The position numbers and the translations under genes are program-made. From IMG/VR virus record IMGVR_UViG_3300020045_014031, positions 33,184 through 97,183 of that record: 64,000 nt of DNA, one strand, 5' to 3'. Under the pieces are notes generated by a model. It saw only the letters and a list, made by a program, of their open reading frames with translations, was not told the origin of the DNA and did not search any database. The stretch comes from a virus. Numbering within the stretch: position 1 is the first letter of the stretch; the number at the start of each line of letters is the position of its first letter. Below, piece after piece: positions 1 through 8,675 of this stretch.

Positions 1-55
1 TTTAATAAACAAGATTTAGTTGATTTAATAGAACATATTAAAGAAGAAAAAGAAA

Positions 56-331
56 ATGAATAATTGGCAGACAATAGATAAATTAAAAGAAACTGATATT
101 GATATTCTTTTATTTTCAGAAGAATGGGTTAATGAGGATTTTAATCCTAATGGTATTAGAATAGGTTACAGACAATGCAATAATGATTTTTGTAGTGCAA
201 GAATTGATGAAGACGGAGAATACTGGAACATGAGTGCAGAAGAAGAAGGTATTTTTCCTACTCATTTTCACGAATTAAAATTTAATGTACCAAAAGATAA
301 AATGCAATTAAATATATTTAAAAATGAATAA
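56..331 (+). CDS. hypothetical phage protein
   Basis: 91 aa ORF overlapping the thyX start; co-oriented with the block. Confidence 0.6.
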   Translation: MNNWQTIDKLKETDIDILLFSEEWVNEDFNPNGIRIGYRQCNNDFCSARIDEDGEYWNMSAEEEGIFPTHFHELKFNVPKDKMQLNIFKNE

Positions 332-1421
332 TATAAAAGCAACAATAGTAGCAGATTCTATTAATAATAAAGGAGATAGAATAACAAGTATGTTAGTAAC
401 TTTTCCAAGATTTATTTTAGCTGAATTAAATACTCATAGGTTATTTAGTAGAAACTCAGCAAGTAGTAGAGCTATTCCATTTGAAAAAATGGTACAATCA
501 ATAAAAGAAAATCCTTTTATTCCTATTGCATGGCAAAAAGAACATAAAGGTATGCAAGGTACTGAATATATAACAGAAACTAAAGGAATAGAATACTGTA
601 AGAATTTATGGTTAAAAGCAAGAGATAGAGCAATAAATAGTGCTAAAGATTTAAACGATAAAAATGCTTATCCTAAAGGAGATTTTGACCCTTCTTTTAA
701 CGTAGGAGTAACTAAACAACTTTGTAATAGATTATTAGAACCTTTTATGTATCATACTGTATTAATTACAGCAACAGAATGGAGTAATTTTTTTGAGCTT
801 AGATGTCCTCAATATAGTATTACTTCTCAAGTATATAAAAGTTGGAAAGAACTGTCTAACAGTATTGCTGATTTAGAAGTAACTAAATCAATGGTAGATT
901 CTGCTAATACTATTACAAAAATTAAACTTAATAAAGGTCAGTCAGAAATTCACATGATGGATTTAGCTGAAAAAATGTATGATGCTATTAATGAAAGTAC
1001 ACCTAAGTTATTAAAAGAAGGTGAATACCATATTCCGTTTGGAGATAATATTGATACAATACAGTTACAAAATTTGTATAAAAAATATAAAGCAAGTGGA
1101 TATAATCCAGATAACCCAACCCCTGATGAGTATTATTATGAAGGATTAGATGATTTAAAAATTAAAATAGCTATTGCAAGATGTGCAAGAACATCTTATA
1201 CTATATTTGGAGAAGAAAAATCTGACAATTATGAAGCTGATTTAAAATTATTTGATAGATTAAAAGAATCAGGACACGCATCTCCTATGGAACACATAGC
1301 TCAAGTTATGACAATTGAAGAATATGAAAATAATTACATTATAGAAAATGGTATAAAAACAAAAGGAATTAGTAGAAATTTTAAAGGGTTTAAACAATAT
1401 CGACAAATTATAAATTTATGA
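324..1421 (+). CDS. thyX: flavin-dependent thymidylate synthase (ThyX/Thy1)
   Basis: ELNTHRLFSRNSASSRAIP motif, KQLCNRLLEPF, ARCARTSY and C-terminal GHASPMEH typical of phage ThyX. Confidence 0.9.
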   Translation: MNNIKATIVADSINNKGDRITSMLVTFPRFILAELNTHRLFSRNSASSRAIPFEKMVQSIKENPFIPIAWQKEHKGMQGTEYITETKGIEYCKNLWLKARDRAINSAKDLNDKNAYPKGDFDPSFNVGVTKQLCNRLLEPFMYHTVLITATEWSNFFELRCPQYSITSQVYKSWKELSNSIADLEVTKSMVDSANTITKIKLNKGQSEIHMMDLAEKMYDAINESTPKLLKEGEYHIPFGDNIDTIQLQNLYKKYKASGYNPDNPTPDEYYYEGLDDLKIKIAIARCARTSYTIFGEEKSDNYEADLKLFDRLKESGHASPMEHIAQVMTIEEYENNYIIENGIKTKGISRNFKGFKQYRQIINL

Positions 1422-1909
1422 AAGAGTTTAAATGTAATATTACAAATATAGTTTTATTAGTATCTCAAGAAGGTAAAGTATTTAAAGAAGGGAAAGAAAT
1501 AAGAATTAATAGTAGTGGTCATTACCCTACTATTGAATTAAAAAATAGTAATGTAAGACGTAACTATATGTTACATAGAATTTTAGCTGAATTATACATT
1601 GAAAATACTTTAAACAAACCTTTTGTAAACCACATAGACGGTAATAAATTTAATTATAGTTTAAATAACTTAGAGTGGTGTACACATTCAGAAAATATGA
1701 TTCATGCTGTAAAAACAGGGTTACAAACTAACTGTCTTAAAAAAGGAGAAGAACATAACACTTCTAAACATAGTTTCGCTAAAGTTAATCAAATAAGAGA
1801 AGATTATAAAACTAAACAGTATTCAATGAGACAATTAGCTAAAAAATACAATACTTCTTCTGGTTATATAAGTGACGTAGTAAATAATAAAATAAGAAAT
1901 TTAAACTAA
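1418..1909 (+). CDS. free-standing HNH homing endonuclease with C-terminal HTH
   Basis: LHRILAELYI..NKPFVNHIDGNKFNYSLNNLEWCTHSENMIH HNH signature; SMRQLAKKYNTSSGYISDVV HTH. Confidence 0.9.
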   Translation: MKEFKCNITNIVLLVSQEGKVFKEGKEIRINSSGHYPTIELKNSNVRRNYMLHRILAELYIENTLNKPFVNHIDGNKFNYSLNNLEWCTHSENMIHAVKTGLQTNCLKKGEEHNTSKHSFAKVNQIREDYKTKQYSMRQLAKKYNTSSGYISDVVNNKIRNLN

Positions 1910-1915
1910 AGTAAT

Positions 1916-2152
1916 ATGGCAAATTTTGTAGTAGGTTACTTATCTTTTTTTGATAATAACTTAAAATTAATTAAAGTTGAGGAAGAATCTGAATATGAAG
2001 CAATTAAGAAAGCTATGATTTCAGTTTGTGAAGAAGAATATAAACCAGAAGAAATTAAATGGCAAAATTCAGATGATTACCCTAAAAATAAAGAAAGTCT
2101 TATTGATTTACTTTATAATATTGATGTAGCTATAAACATAATTGAAATTTAA
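1916..2152 (+). CDS. hypothetical protein
   Basis: 78 aa ORF tightly packed in the operon. Confidence 0.6.
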   Translation: MANFVVGYLSFFDNNLKLIKVEEESEYEAIKKAMISVCEEEYKPEEIKWQNSDDYPKNKESLIDLLYNIDVAINIIEI

Positions 2153-2654
2153 AATGCTAAAAAAAGTAAATAAATTCTTATATCTATTTAAAAGAGATAA
2201 GAATTTACAAGAATTAACAGATAAACTTTTAATTAAAAAATTAGAAGAACAATTAAATCATAAAGAAGAAGTTATTTTAAAACTTCAAAATAAAATTAAG
2301 TTTTACACAGAAATAACTAAAGCAGATAAAAGTTTTCAAGAATCGGTTAATTACTTTAAGAAAAATAATAATGAAAAAAAACTATTATTATATAGTTCTC
2401 TTGAAAGTATAACAAGTAAAATAAAACAAACTAAAGAAGGTATTTTATTAAATGAATATAAAAGAGAAAAAGGTATAATTCTTTCTAAAATTAAAACGTG
2501 TAATATATTAGATACATTAATGAAAGAAAAATTTGTTTTATCGTGTGTATCATCAAAAATTACAGAGTTAAATAATAAAGAATTACTTAGTGAAATAGAA
2601 AAAGCACGTTCTTTTTATAATAATTTAGAAAATTACTTTATAACTAAAAATTAA
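2142..2654 (+). CDS. hypothetical coiled-coil protein
   Basis: 170 aa ORF; the true start may be the ATG at 2154. Confidence 0.6.
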   Translation: MKFKMLKKVNKFLYLFKRDKNLQELTDKLLIKKLEEQLNHKEEVILKLQNKIKFYTEITKADKSFQESVNYFKKNNNEKKLLLYSSLESITSKIKQTKEGILLNEYKREKGIILSKIKTCNILDTLMKEKFVLSCVSSKITELNNKELLSEIEKARSFYNNLENYFITKN

Positions 2655-2656
2655 TT

Positions 2657-3610
2657 ATGTTTTTAAGTAGAAGATATTATAAAACAATAAGTAAAACTAA
2701 AGATGAAGAAATAGAAATAATATCATCTGAACTTAATGATATTTATGAAAATTATCACGAAGTTTTATTTATTAACTTACTAACAAAAGAATTTATGTTA
2801 GTAAGTAATTTTGATTTACCTTATCTTGAAAAAGATACTGATAAAATAGAAAGATTTAATGAGTATACAGGTAAGTATACTAATAAAACAATTACATTTA
2901 AACCTAATAAAAATCAAGATTATATTACTGATATACAATTAAAAATTTTAAGTAAAATTCATTTTAGTTGGTACAACAATATGATTGATTATATAAGTTC
3001 TAATAAGTTTATTAATGTACTAAAAGAATTAGGTGCTGAAAGAAAAAAATATCCTGTATTTCCAGAAGTAGATAAACAATTTGTAGCTTATCAAAAATCT
3101 ATATCAAGTATTAAAGTAATCTTTATTGGTTTAGACCCTTATACTACTGGTGAAGCAACTGGTATTGCTTTTGCTACTGATAGAAAAGTTAAACCTGTTT
3201 CATTGCAAAAAATAGAAGAAGGAATTAAAGATGATTTATTTAATTATGATGAAACAAGAAACTTACAAAATAATTTATTACCTTTGATAGAACAAGGAGT
3301 GTTATTTATGAATTGTGCTTTGACAGTTCCAAAAGGAAAAGTCGGAGGTCATATTGAATTATGGAAAGATTTTACTACTTCAATTTTAAAATCTTTAGAT
3401 GCTCAAAAATCACCTTTATTATTTGTTTTCTTAGGTAAAAAAGCTCAGGAATTTTCAAAACATATTACAAACCCAAAACATAATTGCTTTCTTTTAGAGC
3501 ATCCTGCTAAAGCTTCTTACGAGGATAGAAAATGGAATCATCTTAATATTTTTTCACTAATTAATACACAATTAAAATATAATAAAAGAAAGGAAATAGA
3601 ATGGATTTAA
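2657..3610 (+). CDS. ung: family 1 uracil-DNA glycosylase with N-terminal extension
   Basis: VIFIGLDPY (canonical GQDPY), ATGIAF, QGVLFMNCALTV, GHIELWKDFT, LEHPA. Confidence 0.88.
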   Translation: MFLSRRYYKTISKTKDEEIEIISSELNDIYENYHEVLFINLLTKEFMLVSNFDLPYLEKDTDKIERFNEYTGKYTNKTITFKPNKNQDYITDIQLKILSKIHFSWYNNMIDYISSNKFINVLKELGAERKKYPVFPEVDKQFVAYQKSISSIKVIFIGLDPYTTGEATGIAFATDRKVKPVSLQKIEEGIKDDLFNYDETRNLQNNLLPLIEQGVLFMNCALTVPKGKVGGHIELWKDFTTSILKSLDAQKSPLLFVFLGKKAQEFSKHITNPKHNCFLLEHPAKASYEDRKWNHLNIFSLINTQLKYNKRKEIEWI

Positions 3611-3912
3611 AAACTAAAATTTTAATTAGTGTTTCAATATCTTTTTTAACTATTGCTATTATATTTATTTTTAGTATAATAAACAATAAAAAAGAAAAAC
3701 AAAAACTACAAGATGAAATAGTAAAATTAAATAATCTTTTAAAGGTAAAAAATACTAAAGATAGTACTATTACTAAAGTAGAAAATGAAAAAGAAAGTAA
3801 AATATATCTTATTAAATATCTTACAAAACAAATTACTAAAGATAGTATTATTTTTATCAATAGTAATGATGAGTTCAAAGAACATATTTTCTCAGAAAAT
3901 ACAAATAATTAA
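3601..3912 (+). CDS. membrane-anchored coiled-coil protein, i-spanin-like
   Basis: single N-terminal TM (ILISVSISFLTIAIIFIFSII) followed by a coiled coil; overlaps the next ORF out of frame. Confidence 0.5.
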   Translation: MDLKTKILISVSISFLTIAIIFIFSIINNKKEKQKLQDEIVKLNNLLKVKNTKDSTITKVENEKESKIYLIKYLTKQITKDSIIFINSNDEFKEHIFSENTNN

Positions 3913-4246
3913 GATAATAGAACCTGATAGTTCATTTTTTAAGTTTAAGTTAAATGATAGTTTATATTACGGTATTAATAGAGTAAGATTTTTTAATGCT
4001 ACTTATAAACTGTCTAAGTATAATTATTTAATCACAGTAAACAAAGAACAAAATGAAGTAATTAAAAAAGATTCTTTTTTATTATCTAATAAAGATGAAA
4101 TAATTAAGTTTCAAAACTATACTATTGATTCAATAAGTAAAGAAAATTTTAAATTAGTAATTACAGAAAAAACAAAAAAGAAAACAAATACAAAAATTAT
4201 TGTATTAGAAACATTAATAATTGTTTTACTTACATTGTTAAAATAA
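3785..4246 (+). CDS. exported protein with C-terminal TM, possible second spanin subunit
   Basis: N-terminal hydrophobic signal, C-terminal IIVLETLIIVLLTLLK; 128 nt overlap with the upstream ORF; no lipobox Cys. Confidence 0.45.
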   Translation: MKKKVKYILLNILQNKLLKIVLFLSIVMMSSKNIFSQKIQIIKIIEPDSSFFKFKLNDSLYYGINRVRFFNATYKLSKYNYLITVNKEQNEVIKKDSFLLSNKDEIIKFQNYTIDSISKENFKLVITEKTKKKTNTKIIVLETLIIVLLTLLK

Positions 4247-4252
4247 ATTAAA

Positions 4253-4750
4253 ATGAAGTTAAATTATGGTGATTATACATTAAACAAAATAGCCAAATCG
4301 CTTAGGTTTAATGTTTCTAAAAAGAAAATTAGAAAATCAAGACAAGGAGAAATGTATGAAGGAAGTATACCTATTGCTTCTGCTTTAAACTTAGATGATG
4401 CAATTCAAAGAATTGTTTATGATATACTTGAAGATAATAAAGATATAACTGAATTTAAAGATTTTTTATTAAATCTTGAATTAGAAAGTAAAAAAATAAG
4501 TAATTATCTTGATAATTTAGTAAATAATATTTACAATCATAAAAAATTAACATCTTATCTTTTTAAATCAGAAGATGAAGCAATTATATGGAAAGCATCA
4601 TTAGGTAAAAATATAATAAAAGCCTGTACAATATCTTATGAAGGTAATGTAAATGACATTCCAGAGAATTACCAAGAAGTAAATAAAATTTTCTTACAAA
4701 AAGAAGATGTTACAAAAGTAAATTATGTATTAATTTTAAAATTAAAATAA
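4253..4750 (+). CDS. hypothetical protein
   Basis: 165 aa ORF in the operon. Confidence 0.6.
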   Translation: MKLNYGDYTLNKIAKSLRFNVSKKKIRKSRQGEMYEGSIPIASALNLDDAIQRIVYDILEDNKDITEFKDFLLNLELESKKISNYLDNLVNNIYNHKKLTSYLFKSEDEAIIWKASLGKNIIKACTISYEGNVNDIPENYQEVNKIFLQKEDVTKVNYVLILKLK

Positions 4751-4751
4751 A

Positions 4752-5243
4752 ATGTCAAAACTATCAGGAATTGAAAAAGTAAAAGAGTTTATGGAAATGT
4801 CTAAGCAGACAATTAATGATAAACCTTGTTTAGTAAGTAGAGAATTAGCTGAACTTAGATTTAAGCTAATAAAAGAAGAAAACAGTGAGCTTTTACAAGC
4901 TATTGAAGAAGAAGATTTAACAGAGGTATTAGATGCTTTAGTAGATTTACAATATGTTTTGTATGGTGCTGTTCTTACATTTGGTATGCAACATATTTGG
5001 AAACAAGCTTTTGAAGAAGTTCATGTTAATAACATGACAAAAGGTTGTAAATCAGAAGAAGAAGCTGATGCAACAATTGAATTTTATTCTAAACAAGGAA
5101 TATCTGTTTTTGCTGAAAAAGTAGGTGATTTATATGTTGTTTATCGTACAAGCGATAAGAAAGTAATGAAATCAATAGATTATATAAAAGTTTCTCTTTC
5201 AAAATTTATTCCAGATGTCACTTCTAATAAGAATACAAGATAA
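4752..5243 (+). CDS. MazG-like / all-alpha NTP pyrophosphohydrolase (possible dUTPase)
   Basis: LRFKLIKEENSEL..EVLDALVDLQYVLYG..FEEVHVNNMTK, the EExxE/ExxD pattern of all-alpha NTP-PPases. Confidence 0.8.
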   Translation: MSKLSGIEKVKEFMEMSKQTINDKPCLVSRELAELRFKLIKEENSELLQAIEEEDLTEVLDALVDLQYVLYGAVLTFGMQHIWKQAFEEVHVNNMTKGCKSEEEADATIEFYSKQGISVFAEKVGDLYVVYRTSDKKVMKSIDYIKVSLSKFIPDVTSNKNTR

Positions 5244-5631
5244 AATAAATAAAACAAGACCTGAATATAATAAAGAATATTATGAAGAAAAAATGATAGA
5301 ATTAGGAATTGTTATTATAGATTTTGTAAGATTAAACTCTGATAATAAAGAGTTAGTAGAAGAAACTTATAAAAAAGTATTTATAATAATGATTGAATTA
5401 TGTAATAAGCAGTTATATTTTCAAAATAAAAATCCTAAATTAAGTTTAGAAGTTTTAATTTATGAAAAAGATTCTGAAATATTATTACATCCTAAAATTA
5501 TACTTTATAATTTCTTAGGTCAAGTTATAAAATGTCACGCATCAAAGTATGATGTGTTTACTTTAATAAAAATAGGAGAAAAACTAAAGATTAATATTAA
5601 AGATTTAATGATTGAAATAGTTAATTCTTAG
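5215..5631 (+). CDS. hypothetical protein
   Basis: 138 aa, last ORF of the + strand block. Confidence 0.6.
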   Translation: MSLLIRIQDKINKTRPEYNKEYYEEKMIELGIVIIDFVRLNSDNKELVEETYKKVFIIMIELCNKQLYFQNKNPKLSLEVLIYEKDSEILLHPKIILYNFLGQVIKCHASKYDVFTLIKIGEKLKINIKDLMIEIVNS

Positions 5632-5633
5632 TT

Positions 5634-5692
5634 AAATGAGCCTTCTAAAATAATAAGTGAGAATATCTACTTATTTTTTAGAAGGCTCATTT
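5634..5692. repeat. long hairpin made of two inverted copies of the dispersed GAGCCTTCTAAAA motif
   Basis: AAATGAGCCTTCTAAAA (5634-5650) and TTTTAGAAGGCTCATTT (5676-5692) are a perfect 17-bp inverted repeat; pairing continues inward (AATAAGT/ACTTATT) with one bulge. Confidence 0.95.
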
Positions 5693-5696
5693 GTAT

Positions 5697-5740
5697 AAAA
5701 ATAAACCCTATGTAACTAATACATAGGGTTTATTTTTTTT
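5697..5740. terminator. bidirectional intrinsic terminator between the converging gene blocks
   Basis: AAAA-ATAAACCCTATGTA-actaa-TACATAGGGTTTAT-TTTTTTT; perfect 14-bp stem flanked by A and T tracts. Confidence 0.9.
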
Positions 5741-6083
5741 ACTCGTTGAAAGAAACAGAAAGCCATTTACCTAAAGGACAATTTTCATTTATAGCTAATG
5801 TTTTACACCATAAGTTACAACCACATCCTTTTACTACTTGACCTTTTGTTCTGTTTTGATTACCGTATTTAAAATCTTGTTCTACAATACCTATTTTTAA
5901 TTGAGAACATATAGATTTATCTCTAATATCACAATTATCACATATTTTCATTCTTGAATATGCTAATTGTTCTGTTTCTTTTGGTAAATTAATAAATTGA
6001 GAAAGAAACAGATTACCACACCCTTCTGCTATGTTTTTTAATTGTAAATCTCTTACAAATTCTAAAAACTTAAATAGTATCAT
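5739..6083 (-). CDS. small Cys-rich putative Zn-binding protein
   Basis: RMKICDNC..C..GCGCNL..KT....NCPLGKW pattern, seen in Bacteroidota phage proteins. Confidence 0.65.
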   Translation of the reverse strand: MILFKFLEFVRDLQLKNIAEGCGNLFLSQFINLPKETEQLAYSRMKICDNCDIRDKSICSQLKIGIVEQDFKYGNQNRTKGQVVKGCGCNLWCKTLAINENCPLGKWLSVSFNE

Positions 6084-8664
6084 AATTAATAGAACAGTTA
6101 TTACAACATTTTTTACAATTACATTTTTCTTTTTTAACTAATAATACATTACTAATATTAGATGTTTCATTATTTAAGTGAGCTATGGTATAGTAAGCAT
6201 CACTAAAAGGAACTTCATTTATAGTAAATAAACCTCTACTATCTACTATAATTCCACTAACTATAATTTCACTATTAGAATTATATAAAGTAATAGAACT
6301 TTGAGGTGTTCCTTTACCTGTTATTGTATGATTAAAATAATTAATCAATTGAGGAGGTACTAACATACTTATATATTGAGTTATAGTAATATTTTTAGTT
6401 AATGTTACATTATACTTTTCTTCTATGTTTGTAACTACAACTGTTAGTATAGCTAATGAACTATTTGTCAATCTTATAGTTATAACATCTGTATTTAATC
6501 CTTGTTCTATAAAACCTCCTTGAATATCTGTATGAAAAACAAAAGGAGTTGAGCCTTGTAAATTTACAACATGATAAGTTTTTAACATATTTTTTAAAGA
6601 TACATTATCACCTATTATATTACCACCAGATACTCTTATTGGAGAACTTGTTATTGTTATACTTTCACTAAAATCAGATTTTAATTTATTAGGACAAGAT
6701 TGTTTAGCCGTAATAACATCACCTACTTTTAAATTATAATCTAAAGGTACTGTTAATACATTACTACTTGCATTTCCTGTTTTATAAAAGATTGAATTTA
6801 TATAAAAATCAACAACAGCTCCTATACAACAATTAACAGATAGGTATATACTATTTATATCGGTACTATTTAATACAGGAGGTAATGATTTTTCTATAAG
6901 TAAAATATTAGATGATACAGTATAATCTATTTGTGAACTACAACCATAAACATCAGATATTTCAGTATCAGAAGATACTATTACAAGTATTGTAATATTA
7001 CTATTTATAGAAGGTACTTTATTTGATGGTATTAAACAATTTAATTTATTTTCTACTAATGATTGTGTACCTTGATAAAGTATGTCTAATCCTTTAGTTA
7101 TTAGTATATTATAAGGTGGGTTATTTGTAATAGAACTTGAAAAATGAGGTTGAAAACTCAAATTTAAACCTTCACTTACTATTGATTCTACTATGTTTAT
7201 AATATTAAAAGATTTACAATCTTGTTGTTCACTTCCTAACAGTGTTGTTACATTAATATCATTAGAAATTATATCAAAAACAAAAGATGAAGATAATAAA
7301 CTACAACTTGTAGTTAAACTACTTATAAGTACTTTATATCCTGTACCTTCTATAATATTACTAAAATCAAGAACACCTTTTTTTTGATTTGTAACTTCTG
7401 TATTTACAGTAGTTAAATTACCTGTTTGTAATATTGTATTATCTGAATTAAATAAAGTATATTTTACATTTATATTATCGGGATTTAAAAAAAATACATT
7501 AAATAAGTAATTAGTTACTGTATCTCTTAATATAGTTATAAAAGATAAATTACAATCTGATGTACTTGAAATTATTATTTCATCACTAAATTCAGAAGTT
7601 GATAATTCAACTTGAGTACTTCTAACTTTATATACACCTTCAACTAAACTTACAAAAGTATATTCATTATTTGAAGTAGATACACTTTGTAAAAAAACAA
7701 AAGAAGTAGAAGGTAATACTTTACCCCATAACTCAACTACTTTATTTTCATCTTGTGAACCAAGAATAACTTTTAAGTCATTTGTATTTACTAAAAGTAA
7801 TGTAGGTGTTACAGTTTGTGATTGAGAAACAAAATTAAAACGTATTAAATTACTTTCTACTGATATATTACTATTTATATCTGCAAATTTAGCTACATAA
7901 CCGTAATTACCTACATTAGGTGTTACTTCAAGTGTTTCTGTGTTACCTCTTGAAGATAGTAAATTAGTATCTAAATTTTTTTCATACCATAGTATATGTC
8001 CTCCAGAAGGTTTACTACCTGTATATGTTAATATAGTACTATTACCTAATACAATATCATAAGTACCTCCTCCGTTTTGATGAAGAGTACATACAACTGT
8101 AGGAGGTGTTATAGTTACACTTCTTGAAGTACCTACTATAAATGAAGTTGATATACTATTAATATAATCTGTTTTACTTAAATAAAAACTAAAAGTACCA
8201 GAAATTAAAAATGTAATTTGAAAACCACCAGTAATACTTACTATTGTATAATCAATACCTACTTCTGCTGTACTACCGTTTAAAAATACATTTAATGTAG
8301 AGCCTGATTCTATATCTGTTATATTTAATTTTTCACCTATATATAAATCATCAGGTGTTAATACATTATCATTAATAAAAGTAGGTGTATTTAATGTAGG
8401 TGCTTGAGATACAGTAACAATAGAAGAAAATAAAGAAGTTCCTTCACTTCCTCTTACATAATCAAATTTTAAAGAACCTACTAAACTTGTTAAATTAGAA
8501 AAAGTTTTACTTGTTCCACTTACTATTTCACTACTATAAAAAATATTATTCAAATATGTCCTTAATGTATCACCCGTTTCTAATCCTGATACAGTAAGTG
8601 ATTGAGTACTTAACCTTGAAGTACTACTTACAATAGGAGCTGTTAATGTTCCATCTAATGCCAT
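6070..8664 (-). CDS. virion surface protein with tandem Ig-like beta-sandwich domains
   Basis: 864 aa, S/T/V/I-rich; recurrent TAPIV/TPTF/TPPTV/TPTL/PPVL starts and SxFS ends; Cys-rich C-terminus. Confidence 0.6.
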   Translation of the reverse strand: MALDGTLTAPIVSSTSRLSTQSLTVSGLETGDTLRTYLNNIFYSSEIVSGTSKTFSNLTSLVGSLKFDYVRGSEGTSLFSSIVTVSQAPTLNTPTFINDNVLTPDDLYIGEKLNITDIESGSTLNVFLNGSTAEVGIDYTIVSITGGFQITFLISGTFSFYLSKTDYINSISTSFIVGTSRSVTITPPTVVCTLHQNGGGTYDIVLGNSTILTYTGSKPSGGHILWYEKNLDTNLLSSRGNTETLEVTPNVGNYGYVAKFADINSNISVESNLIRFNFVSQSQTVTPTLLLVNTNDLKVILGSQDENKVVELWGKVLPSTSFVFLQSVSTSNNEYTFVSLVEGVYKVRSTQVELSTSEFSDEIIISSTSDCNLSFITILRDTVTNYLFNVFFLNPDNINVKYTLFNSDNTILQTGNLTTVNTEVTNQKKGVLDFSNIIEGTGYKVLISSLTTSCSLLSSSFVFDIISNDINVTTLLGSEQQDCKSFNIINIVESIVSEGLNLSFQPHFSSSITNNPPYNILITKGLDILYQGTQSLVENKLNCLIPSNKVPSINSNITILVIVSSDTEISDVYGCSSQIDYTVSSNILLIEKSLPPVLNSTDINSIYLSVNCCIGAVVDFYINSIFYKTGNASSNVLTVPLDYNLKVGDVITAKQSCPNKLKSDFSESITITSSPIRVSGGNIIGDNVSLKNMLKTYHVVNLQGSTPFVFHTDIQGGFIEQGLNTDVITIRLTNSSLAILTVVVTNIEEKYNVTLTKNITITQYISMLVPPQLINYFNHTITGKGTPQSSITLYNSNSEIIVSGIIVDSRGLFTINEVPFSDAYYTIAHLNNETSNISNVLLVKKEKCNCKKCCNNCSINYDTI

Positions 8665-8675
8665 TTTATTTTATT

